Part shown: positions 12,201 to 24,100 of the stretch, one piece after another | Layout: each line of letters opens with the position of its first letter | Numbering within the stretch: the stretch's first letter is position 1 | Source: Klebsormidium nitens | Lineage: Eukaryota; Plantae; Klebsormidiophyceae | Direction of reading: 5' to 3' | Length of the DNA: 64,000 nucleotides | Assembly (NCBI GenBank): GCA_000708835.1 | Contig: DF237356.1 | Location: 1-64,000, forward strand | The notes under the pieces: model-generated | What the model saw: the letters and a program-made list of their open reading frames with translations, nothing else | What the model was told of the DNA's origin: nothing | The model's database searches: none | Program-made: the position numbers and the translations under genes

Positions 12201-12773
12201 CCGCTTCCGCTCCGCCAGCATCTCGTACTGCAGTTTCGTGTACCGCTCAAACTCGTGCCCTGGCTCGTCTCGTGCCTCCGCCAGGCTCAGGGGGTCCACC
12301 GGCAGGTCTGCGTCAAACACCAGGGGGGTGTCCTCGTCCTCTTCGTCGGACCCCCCCTCGATATCGTTTCCCCCTCTGTCACGATCTTTCGGCTCCCCTT
12401 CTAGTTCTTCGGCCGCCCCGTCTACCTCTTCCTCCGTCCCTTCTTCATCGCTCAGTTCCTCTTCTGATTCCTCCTCTTCTTCTTGAACTCCTTTGCCCCG
12501 CCCTTTTACGACACCGTCGCCCCTCTCTGATTCCTTCTCCGCCCCTTTGAGGTCTTTCTTCTCTCCCGCCTCTAGTTCTTCCTCCCACTCTTCCTCTTCC
12601 TCATCCTCCATCTCCTCTTCCCCCTCCCCACTACTATCTTCCAGTTGCTCCTGACTCTCAAGCCCCACGTTTTGCACACCCTTCTGTTGGTCGACGTTCA
12701 TTCGGACAGGGCCTTCGAATGATGCCTCTTGACTGCCCCCATCAGCTTCCTCATTGCAGTCTTCTTTGACCAT
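245..12773 (-). CDS. GTF3C3: General transcription factor IIIC TPR subunit (TFIIIC102/Tfc4/GTF3C3), multi-exon; the last exon(s) are unresolved and may lie at or beyond the window start
   Basis: Phase-compatible GT-AG exons: 12184-12773 (acidic N-terminus, MVKEDCNEE...), 11320-11563, 9890-10071 (AVEVLVEVVRLAPNVADSYHTLGLCHE), 9076-9271 (AIYCLSKVIRWAPDDVDARWDRA), 8214-8468, 6705-6930, 4998-5272, 3933-4590, 3006-3123, 2040-2227, 1221-1333 (RNRAVLQGFAFL) and 245-446 (EADFNLGRAYHQMGLVHLAVPYYEKAL). The TPR motifs and their order match recalled Tfc4/TFIIIC102 sequences. Confidence 0.9.
1731..2400 (-). repeat. Junction-echo copies on both sides of TFIIIC exon 2040-2227
   Basis: The motif gc(t/g)tatgagcggc(t/c)c recurs at about 1732, 1948 and 2050 (exon end; the copy at 1933-1978 keeps the GT donor). 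ccactttcggtacggcag recurs at about 2197 and 2358 (exon start plus acceptor). Confidence 0.85.
3523..3995 (-). repeat. Three copies of a TFIIIC exon end plus donor, period 201-202 bp
   Basis: cctcacctgcggtcagctgcttca occurs at about 3524, 3725 and 3927. Only the last copy is part of the exon. Confidence 0.95.
5235..5448 (-). repeat. Young tandem duplication (about 110 bp unit) of a TFIIIC acceptor junction
   Basis: gatgcgggcgtccaa(g/a)tcgtccggcagctcgacgagaa(c/t)tgaggatggggacacgtgtcaggatcc occurs at 5235 and 5349. accaaggggaccgcg occurs at 5318 and 5426. Confidence 0.95.
5915..6800 (-). repeat. Degenerate tandem array of the 3' half and donor of TFIIIC exon 6705-6930
   Basis: The exon tail (aaccagcccgcgctctggttcaagatgg...gagaagctgaggagag|gtggg, minus sense) is re-copied with donors at 6550-51 and 6400-01. 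Truncated or older copies lie near 6270, 6050 and 5915-6010. Confidence 0.9.
6890..7660 (-). repeat. Five-unit array (about 150-185 bp) of branch point, acceptor and start of TFIIIC exon 6705-6930
   Basis: Exon-like starts at 6930 (real), 7088, 7249, 7435 and 7582. Each is preceded on the minus strand by ctgacgtca, a pyrimidine tract and YAG. Confidence 0.92.
8800..9420 (-). repeat. Donor echoes (8800-8875, 8950-9015) and acceptor echo (9345-9415) around TFIIIC exon 9076-9271
   Basis: ctcacccg...cttggc(a/g)acctc...gggccggtcagcgtgca repeats 120 bp from the real donor. gcgcccagcgga...ctttggagagg...ttgcttgcgcc repeats about 140 bp upstream of the acceptor. Confidence 0.88.
9988..10512 (-). repeat. 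Acceptor-echo array of TFIIIC exon 9890-10071
   Basis: Exon-like starts at 10071 (real), 10233 and 10411, with a fragment at 10485-10512. The copies share gtc(t/c)gccacgtt...ggacgacctccacca. Confidence 0.92.
11505..11695 (-). repeat. Acceptor echo of TFIIIC exon 11320-11563
   Basis: tgtttcttctgggggggctcgctcgga occurs twice, 125 bp apart. The echo translates as CPSEPPQKKQRTTFHGARVDD versus the real GPSEPPQKKQKTALYGASVDD. Confidence 0.9.
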
Positions 12774-15700
12774 GTTTGATCTTTCCACCTGCTCCTTGCT
12801 TAGCTGTCGATTGGCTGAGTTTAAAGCAATCTCAATGCCCAAGTGTAATCTCAGCTTTCTCTTGGTGTTTCTCCTCCGCCAGAAGCAGAAGTTACGTCTC
12901 GGTGGAAATGGAGCAGGTTTCGCAGCAATGTGAGCTGCAGACACGAGGCGGACAGCCACTTCGTTTGCCAATTGTTTTGACTTTTAGCAGCTTGTATCAC
13001 GAGGGCCTTGATCAGCGTGTTCACTCAATCTACGCAATCACACAATGGTTGGAGACCCCCACATTGCTAAAGTACTTCCGAGGAACTTGCCACCACTTCT
13101 CAGAAAAGGTTATGACAGTATGTTTTTGACCACTGCAATCCTGTCAAAAGTTTGGCGGTGTTGTCTTGAACTTACACAACACTGAGGATCGACTTTTGAC
13201 CTGCCTCGCAAGCTCAGGGTATTGGGCACTACGTCTGAGAGTGCTTCGCATATACAGGCACTCAGTGTGTGATGTTTTCTGCTGTAATCAAAGCCCGGCT
13301 GGCTTTTGGATTGCTGACGAAGGTAACGACCGTCTACCACTAATCAAGGCTTCACAAACTTGAAAATGAAGGACGGCCAGTCTCTGAAACCAGGCTAGCG
13401 CCCAAGCTGGAACTCTCTCAGCATCAGCAGGAAAGGTGACGCTGCAACATGATGATGAGGTGCGCCCAATTGCTTGCAAGCTGCATTTCAAAGCTAGCAA
13501 CTCACAACTTCCAATGCGCTGACATTTAATATTTAATTGTAATACCAACGCCATGACCTCTTTTGACTCGAAGAATAGGATTTAACCGTGCCGTCCGTCC
13601 CCGAGTCTTGCCGTTTGCACGCACAATCAAGCTAGCCTCTAGTGACAACTGCAGAACTGCCGGCCGAAGGCGCCGGTGCTCGAGGAGCGGCAGGGTTAAG
13701 TATCTGCCGTTGGGGAACTCCGAACTCCCCTTCAAATTCAACTCAAAATATCTTTTGAAGCTGAATTCCAGCTCTGAATTGTCTGAAAAGGTTTCAAGTT
13801 TCCTGGCAAGATATTCTGAACCCCTGGCGATTTTGCTCGTTTCTATCAGTGGTATCACCTCTTGTCGCTGCAATATGTTGTGTGAAGTTTACCATATTTA
13901 AGGGGTGCAAGTGAATAGTACTTGAGGACACGAGCGTCCAGTCATCAGGGTGGTCGAGTGCCCCAGAAGGTGTTCCGACGCTGCAGGTAGGCATTTGGAG
14001 GCCCTGATCAGCTGGCAAGCTTTTGAATCTGTGGCCTCTGTGGTGTGTTTTATCCTGCTTCCTTCATGTTAGACTTTGGTATAGCTAAAAACAAAGGATT
14101 AGGACGCAATTTACCATTGTCATTACCACCTGTCGCAAGTAGCTGCGGTATCTGTTGGTTTTTACTCTTCAGTCGCCTCTTGCTTGAAAAAGTGTACTAA
14201 AGTGGAATGAGTTGGGTGCTTATCGTCAGCTTTTGGACCATCACTGGCTGAAGGATGTACACAGACACCTCACGTCCTACATTATGGGGTTCATTGATAC
14301 TGTGCTCTCACTGTCAGTCATCCAACCTGTGACACACGGATTCTTGAGTGGACCCCCATTTCATTGTTCGTAAAATTCGCTCTTGGCAATCTTTCAATAG
14401 CTACAGAGCTTCGTCAGAAAACCATATAGGTATAAAAGAGTGAAGAAGAGGTGTCCACATTTCTGAAGCCTCTGCCATTACGCAAAAGTCAGCTGGTAAG
14501 ACTGCTTAGCGTTTGCTAGGCACTGCTTGCTGAGAGACGAGCATCTGTTTCAGGGGCAGTTTAACACCATTTTGTGGTGGGGCTCTGGTTCCCGGCAGAA
14601 CTACACATCTCTTAACCACTCACCCCTGCTGCATCAAAGAACTGCCACCAAAGTTAACATCTGTTCTTGATTAGGGCTAATCTGGCAACTGCTTTAGTGC
14701 CCCTTTGCCAAGTGAAAGAACTTCTTTGAGTCGACTCATCTGCGTACTTCAGCATATTCCAAAGTTGGTCCTGAGCAACTTCTGAGTAGAATTCCACATT
14801 TGCAGTGTGGTAGCTGGTGATGTCGTGCAGAAACGCCCATGTGAAGGGTGGAGTTGTATGGACAGCTCAATCTAGGATTGTCAAACCCAATTGGCTCACG
14901 TATCTCCTTCTTCGCAGGTGCATCGACAATCAGTTCACATGAGGCTCTGAGAGTACATCAAGAAACCATGTGGGACTTAGGGTCCACACATGGCCCATGA
15001 TTGGACACACGTTACAGAGCGGAAGGGCAAGAGGCGTTCTTAACGAGGAAGCAACAGCAGACCCCGCCCGTTTTGTTCGTAAGAAAAGCAGGGCAGACTG
15101 TCAATGCAACATAGTCGACGCTCTCTCCTGCGAGCTGGGGGACACAAGCCTAACCTTGACTTCGGTTGTGAGTCGTGAGTAAGGCAAGCTCTCAGGCTAC
15201 GCATGTAGTCTAGCGGGGTCATTGCCGACGAACGTCTCTGTAAAAAGCCGACAAGTCTTGAGGGCACAGGGGGCTGGTTCCGGCTAAAGGCAGGGGCATC
15301 TCGGTCCACTTCACAAGTGGATGCTCGCCAAGTGGGGAGTACAGATGGAGGCCACAAGCGGCCTGCCAGCCGCGGCCCCAGCCAGCACTGCCGCTCCTGG
15401 CACGGTCAGTACGCTGGACATGACATTGTTCGCATGTCATTCTTGCTGCTTTTGATGAGGCCCACATAAAAGTTCCGTCCTCTTGTTGTTCAACTCATGA
15501 ATGACAGTGTCGCCTGTATGGTCAGAAGCAGTTCTTTTGTGAATTTCTTTGAAACTGCCCCATTTGATAGGATACAGGGTTTAAAATAGTCATGGCTGTC
15601 CACTTACTCGTTACATCCACAGCTAAACTGTTTCTCACCAAGCACGCAACAGGGATATCTTTCGATGGGTAAATCCGTATGTTTCGAAAGTTGTGGATTT

Positions 15701-15977
15701 CCCTTCACGTTTCTTGCAACATGTTTTCGGTCTTCTTCCCTCCTTGGTGTATGTAACTCGGGGCAGCCGTGGAGGCTTACACCAGAATTAAGTTTGCTGG
15801 ATTCCTGATCGGAATCTGTCCTCGTCGGCTGCTTTTGCAAGTGACAAAGAGGAGATTCAATACTAGGACACCACCTTTCCAAATGCTTGAGTACATTTTC
15901 CAGTTTGCAAAACACGCACTGCTTCAGCTAAACTCTGCGTTAGAGATTGTTGATCTTGAACATGAGTCGGTTGCAAT

Positions 15978-16685
15978 GTGCAGGCTGACCTCGGGACGAT
16001 CCTCGACTGCGCCGTGTGCTGGGAGGCATACGACTCGGACGGGCACTGTCCCCGGCAGCTCATCTGCGGGCACTCCCTCTGCGACGCATGCATCCGGGAG
16101 CTTCCTTGGGCGACACTTCGTGGGGTGGAGCTTCCGTTCCTAATCACCTGCCCTTGGTGCATGTGCTGGTCCCCCCGCGTGATCTGGGAAGGCGCCCTAA
16201 AGTATCCGAGCAAAAACTTCTCCCTCATGTGGCTGGTCGAGTCGTACCGGCCCCAAACCTCCCCAAACCCCCCGGTCAGGCGGCTGCGGCACGCCTCGTT
16301 CCCGAACCTCCAAGCTTTGGAGGTCCCGAGCGACTCGGACCACCAGCGGCGGCTGCTCTTGCTCCCCCGGGGGACGCGCGGCGTGGAGCGGGAGTCCGTG
16401 TTGACGCGCGTCGTGCGCGACGCGTGGTTCCTCGCGGTCGCCACGAGGAGCGCGTGCTCGTGGCTTGCGAGGAAGTTCTCGCTTCTAGTTGTGGCGGGCA
16501 TCCTGTGCATCATGCTGATGCTGCAAGTCGGGCTGTTGCCGATAGGCGTATTTATTGTCATCTCCACCATGATGGCGCTCATTTTCGTCGGCTTCGCCGT
16601 AATGACCATGACTCTGCTGTTCGTCTTGCCAACGGCTATCGTGTTGGAGATAGGTGGCAACGTCTTGCGGCGACTTGTCACGTAG
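15978..16685 (+). CDS. Plant-type RING finger E3 ubiquitin ligase with a C-terminal hydrophobic membrane segment; 5' exon unresolved (acceptor probably at 15983/15984)
   Basis: CAVCWEAY...CPRQLICGHSLCDAC...TCPWC RING, followed by KYPSKNFSLMWLVES (a motif recalled from a land-plant RING-TM family) and a long hydrophobic C-terminus. There is no in-frame ATG immediately upstream, so an upstream exon is required. Confidence 0.85.
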   Translation: MQADLGTILDCAVCWEAYDSDGHCPRQLICGHSLCDACIRELPWATLRGVELPFLITCPWCMCWSPRVIWEGALKYPSKNFSLMWLVESYRPQTSPNPPVRRLRHASFPNLQALEVPSDSDHQRRLLLLPRGTRGVERESVLTRVVRDAWFLAVATRSACSWLARKFSLLVVAGILCIMLMLQVGLLPIGVFIVISTMMALIFVGFAVMTMTLLFVLPTAIVLEIGGNVLRRLVT

Positions 16686-18169
16686 CTAGTTGGGGTTCAT
16701 GCAACAATTGTTTGTGGGTTCCATTGGACAGGGGTAGGTGTAAGCATCAAGTGGGTATATTAGCTGGATTCTTGGGGCGTTGTGATTAAGTAGAGACGCG
16801 GTAGCCTCTTTGCTTCTCAGCGTCCTTGAAGGCGACAAGGCCGCTGTTATATTTGTTCAAGAACTCGAGCAAGGGACCCGAAACTGGAACATTGCTTCAA
16901 AGAAGCATGCACTTATCTCGCATGATTCATGCATGGCATCATTTCGGTTCCTTGCAAATGTCAATCTGGAGAATGACAATCGTTCGCTATCCTCGAACTT
17001 AATTCTTGGTCGATGAACGCCATGGTATATCAATCTCGTCCGACTCTTTTGCATGCAGTCACGGCCAGTGGCCCGGCATACAAATTTGAAAACATGACGT
17101 CCATTTGATAAATTCGATTCCATCAGTGCCATGCGCGCCAGCGCGAGTGTGTCAGTGTGACGCGAATTGCTGGAGGGCAAGTTACTAGATCTTTGTGACA
17201 TTCCTCAGAAAAACACGATCATGATGCATATGTGAGTGCGTACTACATGTACGTACATGGATATGCAACTGCATTGCAACGCTAGGCAGCCCATTGATTG
17301 ACGATTGCAGAGCGTGCATGGAATTACCTCTACTTGGATGTGCAGTGATATCTGAGACATGCACATAAGCACAATACTAAATCTCCTCATGGTAGCATTC
17401 TCGACCTGCTTAATTCGGAGACAGGAGCACCTTTGATTCGCTTATGCCATTACTGGTCCCACTTCTGCAGTATCTAATAAGCCGGTGTTCAATTGAACTT
17501 GAGAGTAGGGTATCCTTACAAGAGCGATCCATAAATGCAAAAAGAGCTGGCTACAAATTGGAAAACGCGACAGCCTAGATTACATGCTTGCTACGCGTAG
17601 TCCAGATACTGACATATGACTACGCATGCTACTTATATAGGTAGCAGTATTACGAAACGTCTGCATACGATTTTTACCAGCGTTTGACTAGTACTTAGTG
17701 TCATAAGCAACGCCCTTTACCAGAAACAAACCAAGGCGAATCTTACATAAACTGAATGCGATGGCCCTCGTACTCACTGGCCTGCAGCTTCTTTCCTTAC
17801 CCAATTAACCGCCAACTCCTTGACCCGATGGTATGGCCGCCAAATCCACGCATCACCGTCGCCACCTCCACACCAAGTGCTTCAGAGGACCTTCCTAATC
17901 GAATGTACACATGAGTTCCTTGACAAACCCAGCAATCCCTTTGAAGTCCCAACCACTTGCCCCTAACCGTCCATTCAACTTTGAAGTGTCCAACATCCCA
18001 TTTGCTCTTTTATGCTCCATTATTCACTCTTCGCAGCAGATCCCGCCACCAGATTCTTCTTGTTCCTTGGTCAACCACGCTTTACGCTTCATCTCAATAG
18101 CGCCCCACCCGCGATGCCCCATCTCCAATCATCCGCCGCAACTCCCGACGCTTTTCACAAACCGACTCC

Positions 18170-21100
18170 CTATGCTGCGCCCACCGCTTCCATGCCCCCT
18201 CCAAAGTCGACCCCCGCATCCACCACAAGCTGCTTCGTCAGCCTCGTCAAACTGTCCATCGCCCCCTTCGCGAGTTCCAGCGCCGCATCGCGTTCGTTCA
18301 ACTGCTCCTTCAGCTGCTCCAGCTGCTTCACCTCCCCGTCTGCGGCGGCCGGCGCAGTAGCTGCGGCAGCCAGGACGCCAGCGAGGCTGACGTCGTTGCT
18401 GACGTCAGCGCGGCAGGTGCCGTCAACAATGCACTCCTCGCGGAGCTCGTGGCTCAGCTGGGTCAGGCTCTGGAGGGCGACGAGGGCGGTCTCGGCCTCC
18501 AGGCGAGCCACCTGGCGCGAAACGGGGTTGCAAATCGAGGTGAGAAACCCAAATTAAACGGGGTTACAAATTGTAGTGTACTGATGGTAAAACTTGTGCA
18601 GATTGTGGCCGAACGGGGCGCGCGACCTGAACAGTGACAGTTCCTTGTGAGTCAGATGAAAAAAAGTTCCGCAAAAGATTCCGTCAGTGATCACGCAAGG
18701 GGCGGGCTAGGTCTTCATAAATGTGCGCTCTAGGGGATTGGACCAATCACTCGTCGACCTCGGAGCCCCGACTCCATTAAGATGCAAGATCGCATCTTGA
18801 GAAACATCGGGTTTTGCTGACAAAAACACAAGCGGCGTTCGAAGAACTCCCGTTTTGTCATATGATAGCTTGTGGCTTCGTAGTCAAAGAACGAAACCCC
18901 TCAGCCTATGAAGAGGTCCCTCCACGGCCTTGACAAGCGTTCGGGTCTCAGCCACAACGCAGCCAAAGGGAAAAGTCTAACGCATGCTCCTCAGACCAAA
19001 CCTTCGCAAGGTGACACCAGCAGCCAACGGCACAGGTGAGCGGAGTGACGGCGTAAAGGAGAATGCGACCCACCTCGATCTCGAGCTGTTCGATGACTTT
19101 CCCGCCAGCACCGTTTCCGTTTGTGGCGGCAACCGCGCCCCCCTTCGCAGCCAAGGCGTGCAGGGTGGTCAGACCCTTGGCCTCGTCAATCACCTGAAAC
19201 GGAAATCAAGACAAACATGGTCAGGTCAGAAGACACTAAAGGTTCTAACATTTTTTCATTTTTTCATTGTTTCAAGACAACTGCCTTACTCTGCGAATGG
19301 CCAAAATCCGATGCCTTCGCCTAACCACTTCAAACGGACAACGCTGGTATTTCAAAAAAAGTCAACTCTCTAAATCCACGCAAATGGCGCCTGTCCGTGC
19401 CAGCTGTATCCTTCTCGCATCACAGCAACGGCGCAGTCGTCCTTATTGCCGCGCCAAACACTGCTACTAATACAATTGACATTTCGGTAAAAGTGCGAGA
19501 CAAGAGCTTCCAGACTTTTAATCTCGTGTCCCTTAATAGAGTAAATCTTCGAAAGCCCTAGCGATTGAAACTTCCTCCACTCCTTCTTCCGTAGCGCAGC
19601 TTCGCCCCACGTTAGCATGTCGTAATGCACGGTTCGAAACACACGACACAAGCAAGTCTTACCTCTGTGCACAAGCTGCGCCTTGCGTTTCTCCCAGCAG
19701 TCCAGCAGGCCGCCCACAGCCCACTTCCTACACTTGTCCTCAACTTTACGAATCATAAACAATCCAAATTGAGGAAGAACAACAGCGGGGCCCACCTCCG
19801 TGCGCGCCTGCACGAGCTGCGCCTCGCGCTCCTCCCAGCGGGTCAGCAGGCGGCGCAGCTCCTCCTCCTTGCGCGCCAGCATGTGCCGCGCCTGCTCTAG
19901 CTCCGCATCCTTCGTCACCAGGATGTCGCGCACAACCGCCAGCTCAGCAGCCACCTCCTCGTTCTGGGACACAGCCTGCAGTTGCATCTCCTGCGCACGA
20001 AAGGAAACCCAACACTCAGCAGTCTGGATGTCAGACTGCAAATTGGATCACTTCTGCCTCCGGGATGCAGAACGCCACCGGCAGCTCGGCGGCCTCCTCT
20101 TTGTTTTGGGCACCGCTTGCAGCTGGAGCTCCTGAAAGAAGACGAAACAGAGAGACTCGAGGATCGGACTTCCGATTCGCCAATTCGCTCTCTATATGAA
20201 CAATATTCTGCACCGTATGAGCCGCTGTGCAGGCCTCCAGGACAAACACTTGACGAAACACCTGAAACTAGGACACTAAGCAAATCCGCTAGGAAACCGC
20301 CCTGCCTCTGATCAGAGCCCTTTTGCATCCTCGCTCAATCCAGGCTTTACCTCCATCTTCCGCAGCTGCAAACTCTGTCCCAGCAAACCCAATTCAGACC
20401 GAATCTATCTCCAACCCCAACAGAGGAAGGCAGCAAAAGCGCGCCGACACACAGGTTGCGTGAAGGAACGCGTTGCTCAATTCCAACCTCAGCATAACTC
20501 CGGGAACATCAAACCAGCAGAGTCCTTTCAGATCAATGCATCTTCTCCAACAGTCTTGAGGCACAAAAGCGTTTTCGGGCGAGGGCCAACGCCCACGGCC
20601 CTGTGAAATACAGGCTTGTTAGGACCCAGCCTTACCTGCATCTTCTGCAGCTCCAGCTCTCGCTCCAACAGGGCCCGGTTCGTGCGGAACAGCTCGTAGT
20701 TGGTCTGCGCGAGCACTGAGCTCTCGTCCACATTCACGCCGGCGCCGCCCGCCGCGTCCACGAGCGCTTGCGAGAGTGACGTGATCTGTGACATCACCGA
20801 GCCGGCCTCCGAGAGCTTCACGCTCTGCGCGTCGAAGTCGGCGCGGATCGCAGAGAGTTGCTCGTCCTTTTGCACGAGGGTGGCCTGGAGTTTGGCGAGC
20901 TCGGACTCCTTGGAAGCTAGGCGGGCCTTCACGTGGGATACTTCGCTCAGGAGCGAGGCGACCTGATGGAAACGAAAGGGAAGTTATGAGCAACGCGTGA
21001 CGAATGAGCTTCGCAGCACGTCGAGAGAAGCAATTTTGAACGTAACCAGTGGATCAATAGAATTTATCAGGCTCACAGCAGATGCGTCAATGGAAAAGCC

Positions 21101-24100
21101 AGAATGCGGGACGTGCGCTAGTGCAATTCGGCAAGGATTCCGGCTTCCATAAAGTGCGCAGAAAATGGCAAACAGTTTCCGGGTCCGACTTGGCCCTGCT
21201 CGACATTCAACAACCCCAGAATCTCTTTCACCTGCTCAGTCCGCCGTTTGCAGTTCCGCCTCAGCAAGAATTATCAAGCACACCATACTTCAACAGTTGC
21301 TGAATTCGACTCCCACGCCCAAGCTTGCTTGACTCACCTGCTTGTCCGCCATCTGCAGAGCCACCTCCTTATCCTGCAGCGCCATGTGCGCTGCCGCCAC
21401 CTCAGACGACGCAGCCTGCAACTCCAGCTTAGAAGAAACGAGCTCCGCGCTCTTCAGCTGCAGCTGCAGCATCGTGTTGGACAGCGCAGCGTCGGCCTGG
21501 CGCACACGCTTCTTGAGCCCGTTCAGTTCAGACACCATCCCACGCACCATGCGGCGGTCGGCGGCGGCGGTCGTCCGCAGCTTCTCCATCTGCTGGCGCT
21601 GCTCGCTCAGCTGCTTCTCCTGCCTGCAAATGAAGGGTGTACTTCGGTTGAACGTTCCAATAAGTTCGGAATTACAAAATGTTGTTTAAAAATCTAGTCA
21701 CCTTTTTCACAAGAAGAAAGTTAGAAAGCGTCAAGTATTCTTGGCAGCAACCCACTGGAAGTTTCCCGTCTGCTGGCACTGCTCTCTCAGCTGCCTCCTG
21801 CCTCCTGCCTCCTGCCTGGACACACGTAATGAGGAGATCAGGGAGTGGTTGACTAAATGTTAACGAGAAGAGAAGAGAATGACTTATGAAACTCTATGTA
21901 GAACGACAATCAATCCGAAAGGAGTGTGTTCAGTCCACTACGTATTCCGTTCTGCTACTTCTGCATCTGGAGACGGTGCTGAATCGGCTACTTCTCCTGC
22001 CTGCAAACAGACATTTGCATCTCGAATGCGATTGAGATTGACAGCAATAACTGGGAGACTCTCCTGCGTGCCAGAAATCACAGCATTCGAGCTGGTGTTC
22101 AAACATTTGGGAAAAGGGGCTGGAGGGTTCGCGCTAAACAGTCCCAATAATTGGGGCTGCAACTCTGCTCCTCAAGTCAACCAAGCGTTCTTCACTTTGA
22201 GCACAATTGAGGTAACTGAGTGCAGAGCCACTTGTTGGGGGGAAGTACAACACTCAACATTCACAAACAGACTTCGAAAAAGCGCGTCCTCAGGGCATCC
22301 CTAAAAGCGCAAGTAGGCCGTTCAGTTCCTTTGCCAGAAAATCCCAGTTTGATCAACTATGTTAATGAGGCACCGTAACAGAGGCCCACCTTTCTAGCTC
22401 GGCGCGATTTGCTTTGACCTTCTGGCGCTCCTTCTCCAGGTGCTGCCGCGCCTCGGTGAGCTCCGCCGTCTGCTTCTCATAGGCAAGCTTCTTCGCAGCC
22501 ATCGCCTTCTCGTTGTCCGCCAGCGTTGCGCCCTGCTTCTGGACGTTGGACCGGAACTGTGCGAGTGCGCTCTGGGACAACTCCAACTCGCTCTGCAGAG
22601 AAGGGGAAGGAGTCAGTCCCTGCTCTGAGACAAATGACCCCCTTGCACCTTCTGCGGAAGAGCCTCATCTGCCTGCAACTCCTCTCTCAGGTACATTCCA
22701 GCCGAACACACCTGCCTCTCAACCCTCAAATCTGGTACAACTCCTCAACATGTCAAGGGATTTGAACATCCAAGCAAATCGAGGTTTGGAAAACTTGAAC
22801 AGGGAGGCGAGTCAAGGTATGGAAAACTTAAACAGGGAGGCCAGTCAACCAAGTAACCATCATGCAGCAAAGCCTCAGCCCTATGGGGCTTGCACCTTGT
22901 CCCTTGAACAACTCCATCTACAACCGAAGCTTTCACCCTGATTCTGAAACTTATTGATCCCTCTTTCTGAGGGTTCAAAAGCTTAATCAAATTTGAACAC
23001 ATTTTTGATCCTGCAAAACCCTGGTAATGCAAAGCAATCAAGCGGTCCCCACCTGCACATCCTGCAGCAGCGCCTTGGCCCCCTGCAGTTCTTGCTGCAT
23101 CTCTGCGCTCGCCAGGTTGGACCCCTTCACAGCGGCCTCGAGCGCATTCACCTCGTCCTGCGCTGCCAAAAAGCTCTCCACCTTCCGCTGAAGCTCTGTT
23201 TCAGTCTGATACAGCTTAGCCGTCCGCTCGTGGAGCGCTTCAGTGGCCCTGCATTGCAGAGAGGTTAAGTTGTTAACTAAGACATAGTCAAAGTAGATCC
23301 GTCCCGATCCCTGCCAGCTTCAGCTGTTGTTTAACAAACCCAGGCTTCAGGAACCAGTGTTGCATGTATAAAATTGTGCATTTTGACACCTCATCATCCC
23401 TTTAGCAGATGAGAAAGTATGAGCAGATGAGAAAGTAAAAACCTAACCAGTTTGCATTTACAAGGAATACGCAGGAATGTGCCCTTATACTCTCCTCCAG
23501 TACATCAGTCTCTAACAGATAGAGCACTGGGGCCAGAATGACAAATAGTCAAGCTTCTCGCAACATGATGCAAACTTGAACACTCTGTTGCCCCATTTGG
23601 ATGCACAAAGAGTGAACCATCCATGAACCTCGACATAAAACCTAAACCCGAAAAAGCTGCCAACCAAAGCAAGAACTGTGGCACACCTGCTAAGCTCATT
23701 CTCCCGCTTTGTCAGCGCCGCCTTGACTTTGCTCAGCTGCATCCCCTCTTCCACAACCTTCTTCTTGGCCCCGCGTAGTTCCCCCTCTTTCACCTTCAGT
23801 TCCGCGGCAAAGCTGCTGACCTCATCATCTCGCTCCGCCAGCCTTGCGTGCAATGCGCTAACCTCATCCTGCTTCTGGGAGAGCGCCATCTGCGCACGCC
23901 TGACCTCAGCATCACGCGCCTTCAGTGCGGATGTTGCTTCCTCGGCCTCCTTGGTGCGTTGCTCCAGTGCAAGCTGGAAGTTGGCAATCTCCTCGGCGTG
24001 GCTATCCTCAGTATCTTTGGCAGTCTCAAACTGCCGCTCCCTGTAGTCAAAACAAGATGACTATTAGGCCTTCCATAAGATGGAAGACATCAGGCAGTAG

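Noticed and set aside
13000-15560. Coding-looking fragments on the minus strand (e.g. 13526-13873; WAFLHDITSYHTANVEFYSEVAQDQLWNMLKY near 14700-14840)
   Set aside because: I could not join them into a phase-consistent gene or recognise a family. They may be a pseudogene or UTR sequence and need a translated database search.
15592-15668. Candidate first exon of the RING gene (ATG 15592, donor 15669)
   Set aside because: It ends in phase 2 whereas the acceptor at 15984 needs phase 0.
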